A stretch of DNA of 64,000 nt, from the NCBI GenBank assembly GCA_965112735.1, contig OZ218952.1:3782001-3846000 (forward strand). The letters are read 5' to 3'. This DNA comes from Phaeosaccion multiseriatum. Taxonomy: Eukaryota; Protista; Ochrophyta, other classes. The position numbers and the translations under genes were made by a program. The first letter of the stretch is position 1, and each line of letters begins with the position of its first letter. The notes under the pieces are model-generated. The model saw nothing but the letters and a program-made list of their open reading frames with translations. It did not search any database and was not told the DNA's origin. This document shows, piece after piece, positions 36,526 to 48,800 of this stretch.

Positions 36526-39063
36526 AATCGCCCACTGGTGGCGTTGGTGGCGATGCTGCTGCTGTGTCGCCATCGTCTGCGGGCCCACTCACTGGAGAAG
36601 CGTATGGCCGATGCGAACAAGAAGAGGACGACGACTTTTCCGTCAAAGAGGAGGTATGCGAGCGAGCGAGCGAGCCAGCGAGAAGTTGCATTTCGTTAGC
36701 GTATAATGTTGGGTGGGGGGTCGTTGCTTTTCGTTAGTGTATAATGTTGGGTGGGGGGTCGTTGCTTTTCGTTAGTGTATAATGTTGGGTGGGGGGTCCT
36801 CTCTTCTCCTCCCACCAACTTTCCTCTGCTTCCTCCTTGGGACCTTGCTTGCGCTGCTCCTTGCCTTCCTTCATTCCTTCACACCACCCCCCACTCCTTC
36901 CCTTGCTCTGCCCTCCCAGGGTGTGGTGGTGCTGACCCGAATCCGGCCTCTGAGTGCCTCCGAGACCCTGACAGGAGGCAGCAACAGGTACCTGCAGAGG
37001 CAGGGCAAGACAGGGCTGCAAGTGCTCCCCAGCTCCAAGCGCATGTCGGTGAGTGAGTGAAGAGGGAGAGGAGAGGAGGAGAAGGTCCATCAGCAATGCA
37101 TGGCTGGCAGTGGGAGTCCAACCGAGACGCAGCCCTCCCCCCACCCCCCCGATCGATTGATCAGTTACCCCCTGAACGCCGAAATCCTTCTTCCTACTCC
37201 CTCCCGCTCGCACCTTATCCCATCCTCTGCTATCCCCCTCCCCTCCCCTCCCCTCCTCCAGTCTCAGCCCGCCGCCCCTCGAACCTTCCAATACGATGCC
37301 GTGTTGGGCGAGGAGGCGTCTCAAGAGGACGTGTATGGGCTTGTGGGGCCGCGCCTCGTCAAGAAGGTTCTTGCCGGGTACAACAGCACCTGCTTCGCGT
37401 ACGGACAGACGGGCTCAGGTCGGTGGGTGGGTAGCGAGCGGAGAGGGGGGAGGAGCGTTCTCTGTGGCTCTTTGTCTCCCTTTGTCTCCCTTATTGTTCT
37501 TTTTTTCTCACCCCCAACCCCCCGCCGCCTCCGCTCCTGTTGCTCCTTCCGTCTCTCTCTCCCTCCCCTCTGGGTCTTATTTTACTAGGCAAGACGCACA
37601 CCATGGAGGGCGGGGCAGACACCCCGGGCCTCATCCCCCTCATCTGTCAGCAGCTCTTCGCCGACATTGAAAGGCTCAAGCAGGCGAGCAAGGACAAGGA
37701 GCAGAAGGAAGTTTCTGTTACTGTCACGTACCTGGAGATTTACGCCGAGCAGCTCACAGACCTTCTGCTGCCATCTGACCAGCACGAGGCCGAGGTGCTC
37801 CGGCGCCAGAGCGAGCAGCAGCAGCAGTTGGTGATACCGCCGCAGCAGCACTTCGTGGTACAGCAGCAGCAGGAGGCGTGCCTCTCACCTATCCCAAACA
37901 TCAGGAGAGGATCCAGCGGCTCCTGCCGCGGCGGCAGCTTCGGCACCCCACCCACCAGCACTAGGACCACCACCAGCAGCAGCAGCAGCAGCAGCAGCAG
38001 TAGCAGAGGAGGAGGAGGAGGAGGGAGAATATGGAACGGCAAGGGCAGCAGTGGCGGTGGTAGCCCTGCCATTACCATTCGTGAGGCCAAGAACGGGACC
38101 GTGCAAGTGGATAACCTTCGCGCGGTGAGCGTCGCCAGCGCGGAGCAAGTCATTGCTCTCCTCAAACAGGTGTGTGTGTCTGTGTGCTGTGTGCGTGTGT
38201 GCGTATGTGCTCGTCTCGTTTTGTGTGTGTGTGTGCGTGCGAGCGTATTGAAGTCCGATGAAGCGGCAAGGGCGCCCAACCCCACCCCCTGAAAACTACA
38301 GCATCATGTAGATGGCTACCATCCCACCTGTGCCTCCCTCCCTCACTCACTCCCACCCCACTCCCACCCTCCCTCCTTCCTCCACTCATCCCACCCTCCC
38401 TCCCTCCCTCCCTCCCTCCCACCCACCGTGCGCATTGCGACGAATGAACATGCATACAACTACCCATGTTGGTACTCCAGGGCTCGAGCCTCCGCCGCAC
38501 CGCCTCCACCGCAATGAACTCGACCTCCTCCCGCAGCCACGCGGTCATGACCCTCACCGTGCTGCAGACCACTCGCTCTCTCTCAAGCGGCGAGGGCGAG
38601 GAGGACACTCTCCCTGTGGAGGTCAAGAGCAAGCTTAACCTTATCGACTTGGCCGGGTGAGTGGTGTACGTATGCTTTGTTGTGTTTCTTTTCGTTCACT
38701 TTGTTATGCCACATGTTTCCTTGTGTTGTTGTGGTTGTTGTGGTCGTGGTTGTTGCTGGCCACCTCCGTCCTTTGCGTAAACCCTCTTCTGGCTTCCTTG
38801 CTCACTTGCTCTCTCCCTCCCTCCCTCCCCTCTGAACTCCGAAGGTCTGAACGCCAGAGTCGTGCTCAGACGGACGGCCAACGCCTCAAGGAAGGCGCCG
38901 ACATCAATCTCTCTCTCTTCGCGCTGGGCAATGTCATCAACGCCCTCACCTCGTCCCCAGCGACGGCCCGGAGGCGAAGAAGTAGCACCAGCAGCAACGC
39001 CAGCAGCACACTGAGTGCGACTACAGACATGAATGATGACGAGGACGGCGACGATGAGGGGGA

Positions 39064-39094
<31 letters not shown>

Positions 39095-39679
39095 GGGGAT
39101 GGTGAGGGTCGCCTCAGCAGCGGCTCCGGCAAGACAAGGCGGCAGCAGGCTTCTACGCACGTTCCGTACCGCAGCAGTAAGCTCACGCGCCTGCTGCAAG
39201 ACAGCCTCGGCGGCTCGGCCTATACCACTGTGTGCGTGTGTGTGAGCCCCGAGGAGGCGAGCGAGCAGGAGACGCTGAGCTCTCTGCGTTTTGCCGAGCG
39301 ACTCAAGAAGGTCAAGAACAGGGTCGTGGTGCAGATGGACCCTGGGGCGCTGCAGATTTGTCGCCTCAATGCGTATGTGCAGAAGCTGGTGGAATGCCTC
39401 ACCACCCACGGCCTCTCCGTGCCCCCGGTCGCTGATGGTGCGGGGGCTGCTGTCTCACCAACTGTTGCTGCCGCTGCTGCTGCTGCTGCTGGTGGTGGTG
39501 GTGGTGCGATGCCAGCCTCTGCGGTGACGCCCAAGTCCACCAAGCGTCGCGCTATTGTAGCACGAACTGCGACTGCTGTACCACCAACTGCACCGCCAGT
39601 TGGTGCTACGACTTCTCCATCCACTGGGGGCGGGCGAAGGAGCGTCTCCAAGATTCCCCGCATGACGTTCGCATCATAG
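33921..39679 (+). CDS. Kinesin motor protein with C-terminally placed motor and about 910-aa N-terminal extension
   Basis: VVVLTRIRP, FQYDAV, P-loop FAYGQTGSG|KTHTM, TYLEIYAE, switch I NSTSSRSHAV, switch II LIDLAG|SER, INLSLFALGNVI, HVPYRSSKLTRLLQDSLGG. First exon 33921-36652 is spliced in phase 0 to 36920. Confidence 0.9.
36692..36797 (+). repeat. Three tandem copies of an about 38-bp unit (TCGTTAGTGTATAATGTTGGGTGGGGGGTCGTTGCTTT), intronic
   Basis: Directly visible in kinesin intron 1; the third copy is partial. Confidence 0.9.
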
Positions 39680-40496
39680 GTCGAAACCAGGCGGGCATGG
39701 CAGTGCCTGGGGAGGCAGCATGGAGAGAGAGAGAGAGCGACAGAGGGAGAATAAAGCAGCGCAGAGCTGGGATAGAAGAGAAGATGAGCGCGGCTTGATT
39801 GCGTCCTCTCCCTCCGTCATTTAAAAGTTTTTCAATGGGGGTGTGAGTGGGCACGTATGTGCGTAAGTGTGCGACGAGAGGACAACAACAGACAGGGAAG
39901 GCGAACTTGGAGTGTGCCTCATTGCAAGCTGCTTCGTTCATCAGGGCACAATGCCCCCTCATCCCAGCAGTTGGTGATTCAGCATCAGCCTGCGAGGAAG
40001 AGCTCTTGCGTGGGACAAATGGGAGGACGAGAGAGTAGGTACATAGAAAGGGGGGGGGGGCGACCCGTATGAGGCACACCTTTTGGGCGTGCGTGGCTCT
40101 GGTCCCCTGGCCCACCCCAAAGAAAATTAATTGATCAATCCACAAGTGCGAAAAGTGAAGGACGAGTGCAATCGTGTTTGAGCCCCCACCTAAACAATCG
40201 CGTCGAGGCAAGAAAGCGGCCCTATAGTTGTTACAAGGAGGCTTTTTCGTATTTTTGCCAATCTTCCGGTGAGAAGAGGCCTCGGAAGGCCTTTTTTCCC
40301 CCTGGGGGATTTGCGTATCCACGGGATCGCCGCACACACTAACCATTTCCATCCTCCGCTATCGAGAAGCGGTCTTCTCCCCACCAAGGGGTGTTCAGCC
40401 TAGCTTGGACTCGTGCTGTCGTGTTGTACGGAGGCTGTGACTGAAAAGGTCCTTCTCAGCACTCCCGCACGGGGCCGGCATCGCGGGCCTTCCATC

Positions 40497-41663
40497 ATGA
40501 AGAAGGCAGGGCTTAGCCACGAGGTAAGTCGCTCACCACCCGCACGCCAACGTGTGGGTCTGCAGCCAGCTACGCTCGAATCCTTGGTGGGGCTTATTCT
40601 GGGCCCTTTTGTCGCCCGTGCACACCCCTTTCTACTGTACTCGCACTAGGCCAAGCGGCTCTGTCGCGCCATCGAGAACGAGCCGAATCTCAGCAAGGTC
40701 AAGGCTGCGGTGCAGGAACTCATCGCCCAGCACGGAGGGGATCGTGCCTGCCTGGAGGAGGGTATCGATTTGGAGGGGCTCACTCCTGTGTACCTCGCGG
40801 CATGGTGGGGTCGAGCGGACGTGGTGGAGATGCTTCTCAGGGAACGAGCGTCTCCGAATACTCCGGCAGGAAGAGGCCTCACCAGTCCACTGTTCCTGGC
40901 CAGTCATCACGGCAAGCAAGGAATCGCACAGCAGCTCCTCTTGGCTGGTGCTACAGTTGACCAGGCAGACAGGACAGGTGGGACACCGCTGCACGCTGCC
41001 GCATTGGGAGGGCATGACGGCATCCTCCAGCAGCTTGTCTCCAAAGGTGCTGATGTCAATGCCGCAAATCGTGGGAGCAAGACGCCCCTGCACATGGCTT
41101 GCCGGAGAGGCCACCTCGCCACCGTTCAATATCTTCTCGATGAGGGTGCCGACATCGACAGAAGCGATCGCCACGGGTGGACCGCGCTACATCGTGCCGC
41201 CTTCTATGGCCATGTCACCACACTGAGAGCTCTGCTTGCGGCTGGCGCTTATGCTGATACACAAGAAGGCACCCAGCGCTTCTCGCCTCTCCAACTAGCC
41301 ACCCAAGAAGGGCACCTTGAAGTGGTGGAGGCACTTTTATCGGCAGGCGCCAAGGTGGACATGCTGTCTGCCGAGGGGTTCTCCCCGCTCCACTCGGCGG
41401 CGGTGAACGGCCATGTCGCCATGATCCGCCTGCTCCTCTCTGCTGGGGCGGAGGTGGACAGGACGGGAGGCAGTCCGCCAAGGACTGCGCTGTTTGAGGC
41501 TGCTCACCAAGGGCACGATGGGGCCGTGCAGGAGCTGCTTAGGGCAGGGGCGTCAACTGCCAAAGCTGCAGCTCTGGCCCGCGAGCACAACTTACTTGAA
41601 GTTGAGCAACGCCTCCTCTGCTTTGCGGGAAGACGTACCTTGAGCCCTGACTTCAGCCCTTGA
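40497..41663 (+). CDS. Ankyrin-repeat protein (about 8 repeats, 2 exons)
   Basis: Exon 1 40497-40523 (MKKAGLSHE|gtaagt) and exon 2 40650-41663 are in frame. Repeats include TPVYLAAWWG, SPLFLASHHG, TPLHAAALGG, TPLHMACRRG, TALHRAAFYG, SPLQLATQEG, SPLHSAAVNG and TALFEAAHQG. Confidence 0.92.
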
Positions 41664-41848
41664 ATCCTGAGGGTGAGCTCAGCGGGGGGGGGGTTGAAGA
41701 GGGCACTCGCCCCGAAGCGCGGGATGATGTATTGCCGCTATCATATACGAAGAAGCAGGTAGAAGGGGCTGAAGACAGTAGTAGGCCTCAGGCACAAGCG
41801 AGGACAGACGAAACTGGAGCATCGCTCCACAAGCATTGGGGTATGGCT

Positions 41849-41895
41849 GCACACGCACACGCACACCACACACACACACACACACGCACGCGCAC

Positions 41896-41927
<32 letters not shown>

Positions 41928-41976
41928 GCACACGCACACGCACACGCACACACACACGCACACGCACACGCACACG
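41849..41976 (+). repeat. (CA)n/(CACGCA)n microsatellite
   Basis: Directly visible. Confidence 0.92.
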
Positions 41977-43576
41977 CCTACTTAGGAAGGCGGCCGCCTA
42001 GGGAAAGCTCAGCAGCACACAAAGAGGAGCGGAGCTTCACGAGAGGATAAACCAATTTCATTGAGCCTTTTTCCCCTCCTCAGTCTCTGGACTTCGTAGT
42101 TCCCCGGGGGGGAATCTTGCGTACGCACGGGATGTGCACGCGCTCTCCCCCCCCCAAACACACAGGACACCTTTGCAGCAGCCGTTCTTCTCCTTAGCGT
42201 TTAGCTTGCTCCTGCCTTTGGACTGCGTCAAGGGCTGAGCTGCTGGAAAGGTTCTCCCCCCTAAAATCTCCGACTGTGGAGAACGCGACCCAAAGCCGAT
42301 CGGCTCCAGGCGAGGTTTCTCTGGCCCCCGATAAGCAAACAAGCAGAAGCCAGAGGCGGCCTGCGGCCGAAAGCAAGAAGCAAGGGACTCGGCCTACGGC
42401 TTCAGAAGCCAGCGGGACAGTAGCGAGCCCCCCCCCCCCTGTAATTTTTTCCCCCCTCCCAGCCTGAGAAGCCAGAAGCCCGAAGCCAGGAGGGGCGGCC
42501 CAGAAGCCAGGAGCCAGAGAAACCTCGCCTGTAGCCGAAGCACAGAGGTGAGCCGCCGGAGCATGACGACAGTCCGTCCGCCCCCTGGGCCGTTCTGCTG
42601 CTGTCATTCTTTCAGCTCGGATGACGTCGGCAGCACGTTCATAACAACACTGCCTGGCCTAACTCGTTCCCCCCCATGAGCAGCTACGCTCTGGGCCTGA
42701 GCTCCTGTATGCCTTCGCGGCGTTATGTGCATGCCATACCAACCATGCAGCGCCTTGCCTAGCTTCGCTCTTTGACTAGAGTTCTTCGGTTCGCTCTGTC
42801 CTTGCTACTACTCGCGCCAGGCTCATCGTCTCATACACGCCATCCAACATGAGCCGGATCTCCGCAAGTTCAGCGCCGCAGTCAGCGTACTCGTCGTCCA
42901 GCGAGGAGGGATTATGACCGATTCACAGAGGGTTGAAGGAGTAGGCTGAGCGCACACCGACCAAGAGGGCTGAGTGAGTGAGTGAGTGAGTGAGTGAGTG
43001 AGTGAGTTGGGTGTCTCGGGGGGAGAGAGTTGAATGCGCACACCGACCGCAGTACGCACTGAGATGTGCTTCTCCTTTTCCCGCGTTTGATCAAATCTTT
43101 GCGTCGTTGCATCACCTCGCGCATGAGATTCAAAGAATAAAAAAAATAGAGGAAGAGAGGGAATTTGATTTATCAATTAAAATTAATTTTTTAATTAATT
43201 AAATGAAGATGTTATAATGTGTTGGCCTTTTTTCCCTTCCCTCTTACAATTACCCTATTGTTCCTCTACTACCCAGTCCACATACTTATCGATCAGTATC
43301 GCCTTCCCAACACACTTCTCTCTGTCGCCTAGAGTACAGCTACAGCTGAAGTGAGGAAGGTCGTAAGTACCCAACGAGCTAAGCTACGCCACACCCACAA
43401 CCTTCCTTTCTCGCCTCTCTCGCCGCCCCGCCCGAAAGAATCCATCTGTTTACACCACCTCTTCCTTTCCTTCCTCTCACAGCATGAGTCAACCCATCGA
43501 CCCATCCGTTTACACCTCCACCACTTCGTCTTCAACTTCCAACAGCATGGACTGATATGATATTCAATCCATTTGC

Positions 43577-45432
43577 TTACGCCACCATTTCCTTGACAGC
43601 CTTGACCAGATCCGCTGCCCGCTTCACCACCGCCTCCTCCATGCTTGCGGCATATGGGACAGGGGCGTCGTCCATGCACAGCCTTCGGACGGGCTTGTCG
43701 AGCTCATTGTACAGCTGCTCAGACACGATGGCCGACACTGTTGCACCCACCTGGGAGGGACGGAGCGAGGGATGAGGGAGTGAGGGAGCGAGGGATGAGG
43801 GAGTGAGGGAGCGAGGAAGGGGTTAGGCAAGCACACCCATAGAGACCGTAATAACCGGGGAGCGACCAACGACTGAACAAGCGAACGAATCGAAGAAACA
43901 TTGGCTACTACATGTCTACCCTGCCTCCCTCCTTCCCTTCCTGCTTCCTTCCCTCCCTCCCTCCCTTCCCCTCTTCACTCACCCCTCCGGACAGCGTGCT
44001 CTCATCCAAGATAGCGGCCTTGTGTGTCCTCTGTAGACTCGTCTTGATGGTGTCCAGGTCTAGCGGCTTGAGCGAACGAAGCTCGATGAGGTCCACATCG
44101 AAGCCTTCTGCCTGCAGCTCTGCTGCTGCCTTTTGCGCCTCGATGACGCCGTGCAAGTACGTGAGCACGGTCACGGCCTTGCCCGCCTATTGAATCAATC
44201 AAGAGAGACGGATGGATAGATGGATGGATGGATGGATGGATGGATAGGTAGATGGACAGATACATAGATCAGCAGGCAGGTCGGTACATACACATAGAGG
44301 GAAGGCACAATGCTCGATGTAAGATATCGATATTAATATGGATACAAATAGTACCATCCCCATACACGTAAGGAAATCAAGGGCAACACCTAAGCTGAAA
44401 CTGCAAACTGACCTTGACTGCCTCTGGGGAGGCCTCGTGGAGGAGGGCGGCCTTGTTGAGCGGCATGCACTGCCCCTGTGTGATGTGCCCCTTGGAGGAC
44501 TTCATCATCTTGACGGGCAGGAACAGCATGCCTGTTGGTGATACATATACATGATACGTGCCAAGAGCAGGCGGAGGATGGAGGGTGGGCAGTGAGTGTC
44601 CCCAGTGAGTGAGGCTGAGGGGAAGGCACTTCTTGCCGTGAACGGAGCGACAATGGGTACGGTGAGGCTGGCTCCAGTTGAGCCAGAGTGAGAGAGAGAG
44701 AGCAGTAGAGAGAGGGGGAGAAAGACAGACCGACAGACCGACAGACCGACAGACGGAGTGGGTGGGTGAGTGGCTGACGAGCCAAGTCTACTCACCTGGC
44801 CCATTGTCCCTGATGAGTGACTTGGTGATTCCATAGGCGGCGTCGGGGGTGCTGGCGGTGCAGATCTTAAGACCGGGGATGCCCATCACGTAGGCATGGA
44901 GCGGTTGAGAGTGCTCCGCACCCAGGGCCTGGGGGAAGGGTGGGGGGAGGGACGGAGGGACGGAGAGAGGATTGGTGAAAGAGTGAGGGAGAGAAGGGGG
45001 GCACAGGGGGAGTACAGGAGGCCAACTCACCAATCCAACTCCTCCACACACACACACACACACACACACACGCCTACCCAACTTGTCCCCCACATACATC
45101 CCATCCACCCAACCCACTCACCTGATTCGGTGCGGTCCCGCCTGCCCCGATGATAGTCAGGGGCATGTTGAACTGCCCTCCGGTGGTGGCGTACGTGTTG
45201 CCGGCACTGGAGATCTCGGCCATACCGTAGATGCCAAAGTTGGTGTTCATGAGCTCTACGATGGGGCGGTAGCCGTTCATGCCCTCCCCGAGAGCCTTGC
45301 CGATGAAGTGCCCCTCGTCGATGATCTCGTCGGCGGCTCGGAGGGTGCCGAAGGTCTGTTGGGTGAGCTTGGGGATGTCGTAGGAGGAACCGGCCTGTTG
45401 GACAGGCACACACAGAGAGAGAGTGTGTGTGC

Positions 45433-45467
<35 letters not shown>

Positions 45468-45792
45468 TGTTAGGAGGGAGGGTGGAGAGGAGACGATTCA
45501 GGTTCAGCTTCAGTTATAAACACCAATCAAGGGACATCAATCACTTGCGAACAAGGAGATGAACAACCAACACACCCACCTGGAGGTCCTCAGCGTGTAT
45601 GGTGGTCATGGGGTCCCTGATCATCTCCTCAATGACGGCGAGGTTCACAGCGTCACCAACGGTGATCTGCCCCGCCTGGGCCTTGGCCTGCAGGGCGGCG
45701 ATGTGCGCCTCTGCGTTGGCAAGCTTGGCAGGGTCCACTGTGGCCTTGGTCAGGGCCTCGCTGCCTGTGTGCATCAGTCAGGAGTATGGGCA

Positions 45793-45853
<61 letters not shown>

Positions 45854-48800
45854 CCAGGTAGGCACAGATGGGGTCGTATGTGCCGTGAGGGGAGTGAGTG
45901 AGTGAGTGAGTGAGAGAGTAAGTGTAGTGTGTGGAATGAGCGCAGAGAATGTAGTGAGCTGCTACAGTCATTGGTGCACCCTGTGCCCTATACCGCACCT
46001 GCGGGTGCCTCTCTTTGGTTGAAGTCTGTATCAGGTTTGTCAGGGTACTCCAGCTCCTTGGCAAGGTCGGCGGGGGGGGGGGGGGACGCTAAAGCAAAGT
46101 TGATCACGTCCTTCACTTGTTGCTTCACGGCGGCGTCGATCTCCTTCATCTCTGCGGAGGTAAGGCCTGGGGGAGGGAGGGGAGAGAGAGAGAGGGGTCA
46201 ATTTCGTTCAAAGCTAAGTCGTCGCACCAAGGGTCAACGAGGAGCGACCGATAGACGAGAGAGAGAGGGAAAGAGCATTCAACCACCCATCCCTACACCC
46301 CCCCTTCCCTCTGCCATGCACGCACACACACACACACACACACACACAGAAACACCCCCCCCCCCCCCCCCACACACACACCCGCGTCTCCGGATGCCTC
46401 CATGGTCCTCTCGAACTGCTTCAGAGGGTCCTGCTCGGCCCTCGCCCAGCGCTTCTCATCCTTGCGGCCACGCTCGTGCTCAGGGTCAGCAGGGGAGTGT
46501 CCGTTGAAGCGGTACGTGTGCACCTTAGAGAGTGTAGATAGGTAGGTAGGTACGTAGGTAGGTACGTAGGCAGGTAGGTAGGTTGGCAGGTAGGTCGGTG
46601 CGTAGGTAGGTCGGTGCGTAGGTAGGTCGGTGCGTAGGTAGGTCGGTGCGTAGGTAGGTAGGTAGGTGGGTGGGTGCGTAGAAAGGTGGGTAGGTAGGCA
46701 GGTAGACAGGTAGGCAGGTAGGTGCGTAGGTAGAAAGGTAGGTAGGTAGGCAGGCAGACAGGCAGACAGGCAGGCAGGTAGGTGGGTGGGTGCGTAGGGA
46801 GGTGGGTAGGTAGGTAGGTAGGTAGGTAGGTAGGTAGGCAGACAGGCAGGCAGGTAGGTGGGTGGGTGCGTAGGGAGGTGGGTAGGTAGGCAGGTTGGAA
46901 AATGGGTCGGTGGGTAGGTGCGTAGGTAGGTAGGGACAAAGGTGGGTGGTGGGTATGTGGGTGCTTAGTTTGGGGGGCGGTCTTATGATTGACTCTTTTG
47001 GCAGGGGTTGTCATTCAATCAAAAGCACACACACGCGCGCACGCATCCACCCACCACCCACCCTCTTGTCCTGACACCCACCTGCAGAATGGCCGGTCCT
47101 TTAGTCCTGACATAGTCCACCACTGCTCCTCCTGCTCGCAGCACATCCACGCTGTTCAAGCCGTCCACCTGCCCAGAGACGATGGCAGGGGATGGCAGGG
47201 GATGGTATACGAGACACAAGACCGAGGAGGGTGGTGTGGGTGACGTGTGTTGGGCGAGTAGGCACACGTGACGAATGCCTCATGAAAGGGAGAGAAGGGC
47301 GGGGGTGAGGTGGGGGGAGAGGGGAGAAGAAGGAAGCACAAAAGCTGACTGAAGCAAGACGAGAGGTACCGCAAGGGGGCCTTCCCTTCTTTGGACATGC
47401 CCTTCCTTCTGCGCCTGTCCGCTATGTCACAGTCTCTCTCTCCCTCCCTCCTCCCTCCTTCATCTCTCTCTCTCCTTTCCTGCCGGACGGACCATGCCGC
47501 TCCCCTCCCCTTCAAGTGGCGTCATCCCATCCCGTCCATTCCCTGTGCCTCTCTCTCCTCTCCTACCGCTCTCCAAATCACTCGCTCCTATCCATCCATG
47601 CTGCCGCTTGCTTCCCCCCTCCCTCCTTCCTGCCTTCCTCCAAATGGCGCAAGGCGAATGTCCAACAAACCTTGAGGCCTGGCACTCCGTAGTGCTTGCC
47701 CTGTGCGTGCACCTCTGAGTTTGTGGCCACGTCAGGGGTGAAGGTGTTGATGGCTCGCCCGTTGTCAATCACCTGCAGCGAGGGGAGAGCGAGGGAGGGA
47801 GGGCGAGAGAGAGATAGTGAGGGAGGGAGGGAGGAAGAGGGAGAGAAAGAGAGAGAGAGTGCGCACAAGAGGAGAATATGAGTTTTGTAAGGAAGAGGAG
47901 AGGGGGAGGTGCAGGTGCGAGAAAATGTCGAATGGGGTCTTTACGCTCACGGGGCGAGAACCCCGAGGGGGACTTGGGCACGCCGTCGCTATATTTACCA
48001 CCTGTTGCTCTGGGCTGTCCAGTAGCGCTGCAGAGCCAAGGGGGAGGGCTGGGCAGTGACTCTAAAAAGGCAGCCGCACACCGACAACCGCACCCAAAGG
48101 GCTAAGCAAATCACCCCCCCCCCCCCCCCTTCAAAATCCCTGGAAGAGGTGGGCCCTAACCCAAGCATAGTATATCTGACTCTGGGTCATGCGTTAGACG
48201 CCTACCCATATGCCTGCCCATGCACATAAGTTTACGTACGTACCAGGAAGAGGATGGGCAAGTTCTCCTTGGCGGCGGCGTTGAGGCACTCGGCCATGCG
48301 GCCGTTCTGCGCACCGCCCTCACCCACAAACACGATAGAGATGCGGTCGTCGTCTAGGGGGGGTGCGGGGTGAATGAGTGAGTGAGTCAGTCAGTGAGTA
48401 AGTGAGTGAATGGGCGAGTGAGTGCGTGAGTGAATGAGTGAGTGAGATAGGTGAGATAAAGCGCGAGGATGAGGGAAACGAGTACGCTGCCTCTGTCCCT
48501 GCCACTGGGAGAGGACAAGACAAGAAGAGGAGGGTGTTCATGCCTGTCATCAACGCAGGCACACACGGTGAACACACAACTGTGAACAAACACAAGTGCC
48601 TCTAGTGCCCACAAGTCTCACCCTTGGTTCCCTCCGGGTCAAGCTGTCTATCCAAGAGAATCGATCTCGCGGCCCCTGTGGATGGAAAGGAAGGAAGAAG
48701 GGCAAACAAGGCAAGGCAAGGCAAGGCAAGGCAGGAACCATATACGGATTGCGTCAGCGCCTTCTCATGTGTGTGTGGGGGGGGGGAGGGAGGGTAGGAG

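Noticed and set aside
36692-36797. Possible CRISPR-like array or bacterial -10 box (TATAAT in an about 38-bp repeat)
   Set aside because: The units are head-to-tail with no unique spacers, lie in a eukaryotic intron, and there are no cas genes.
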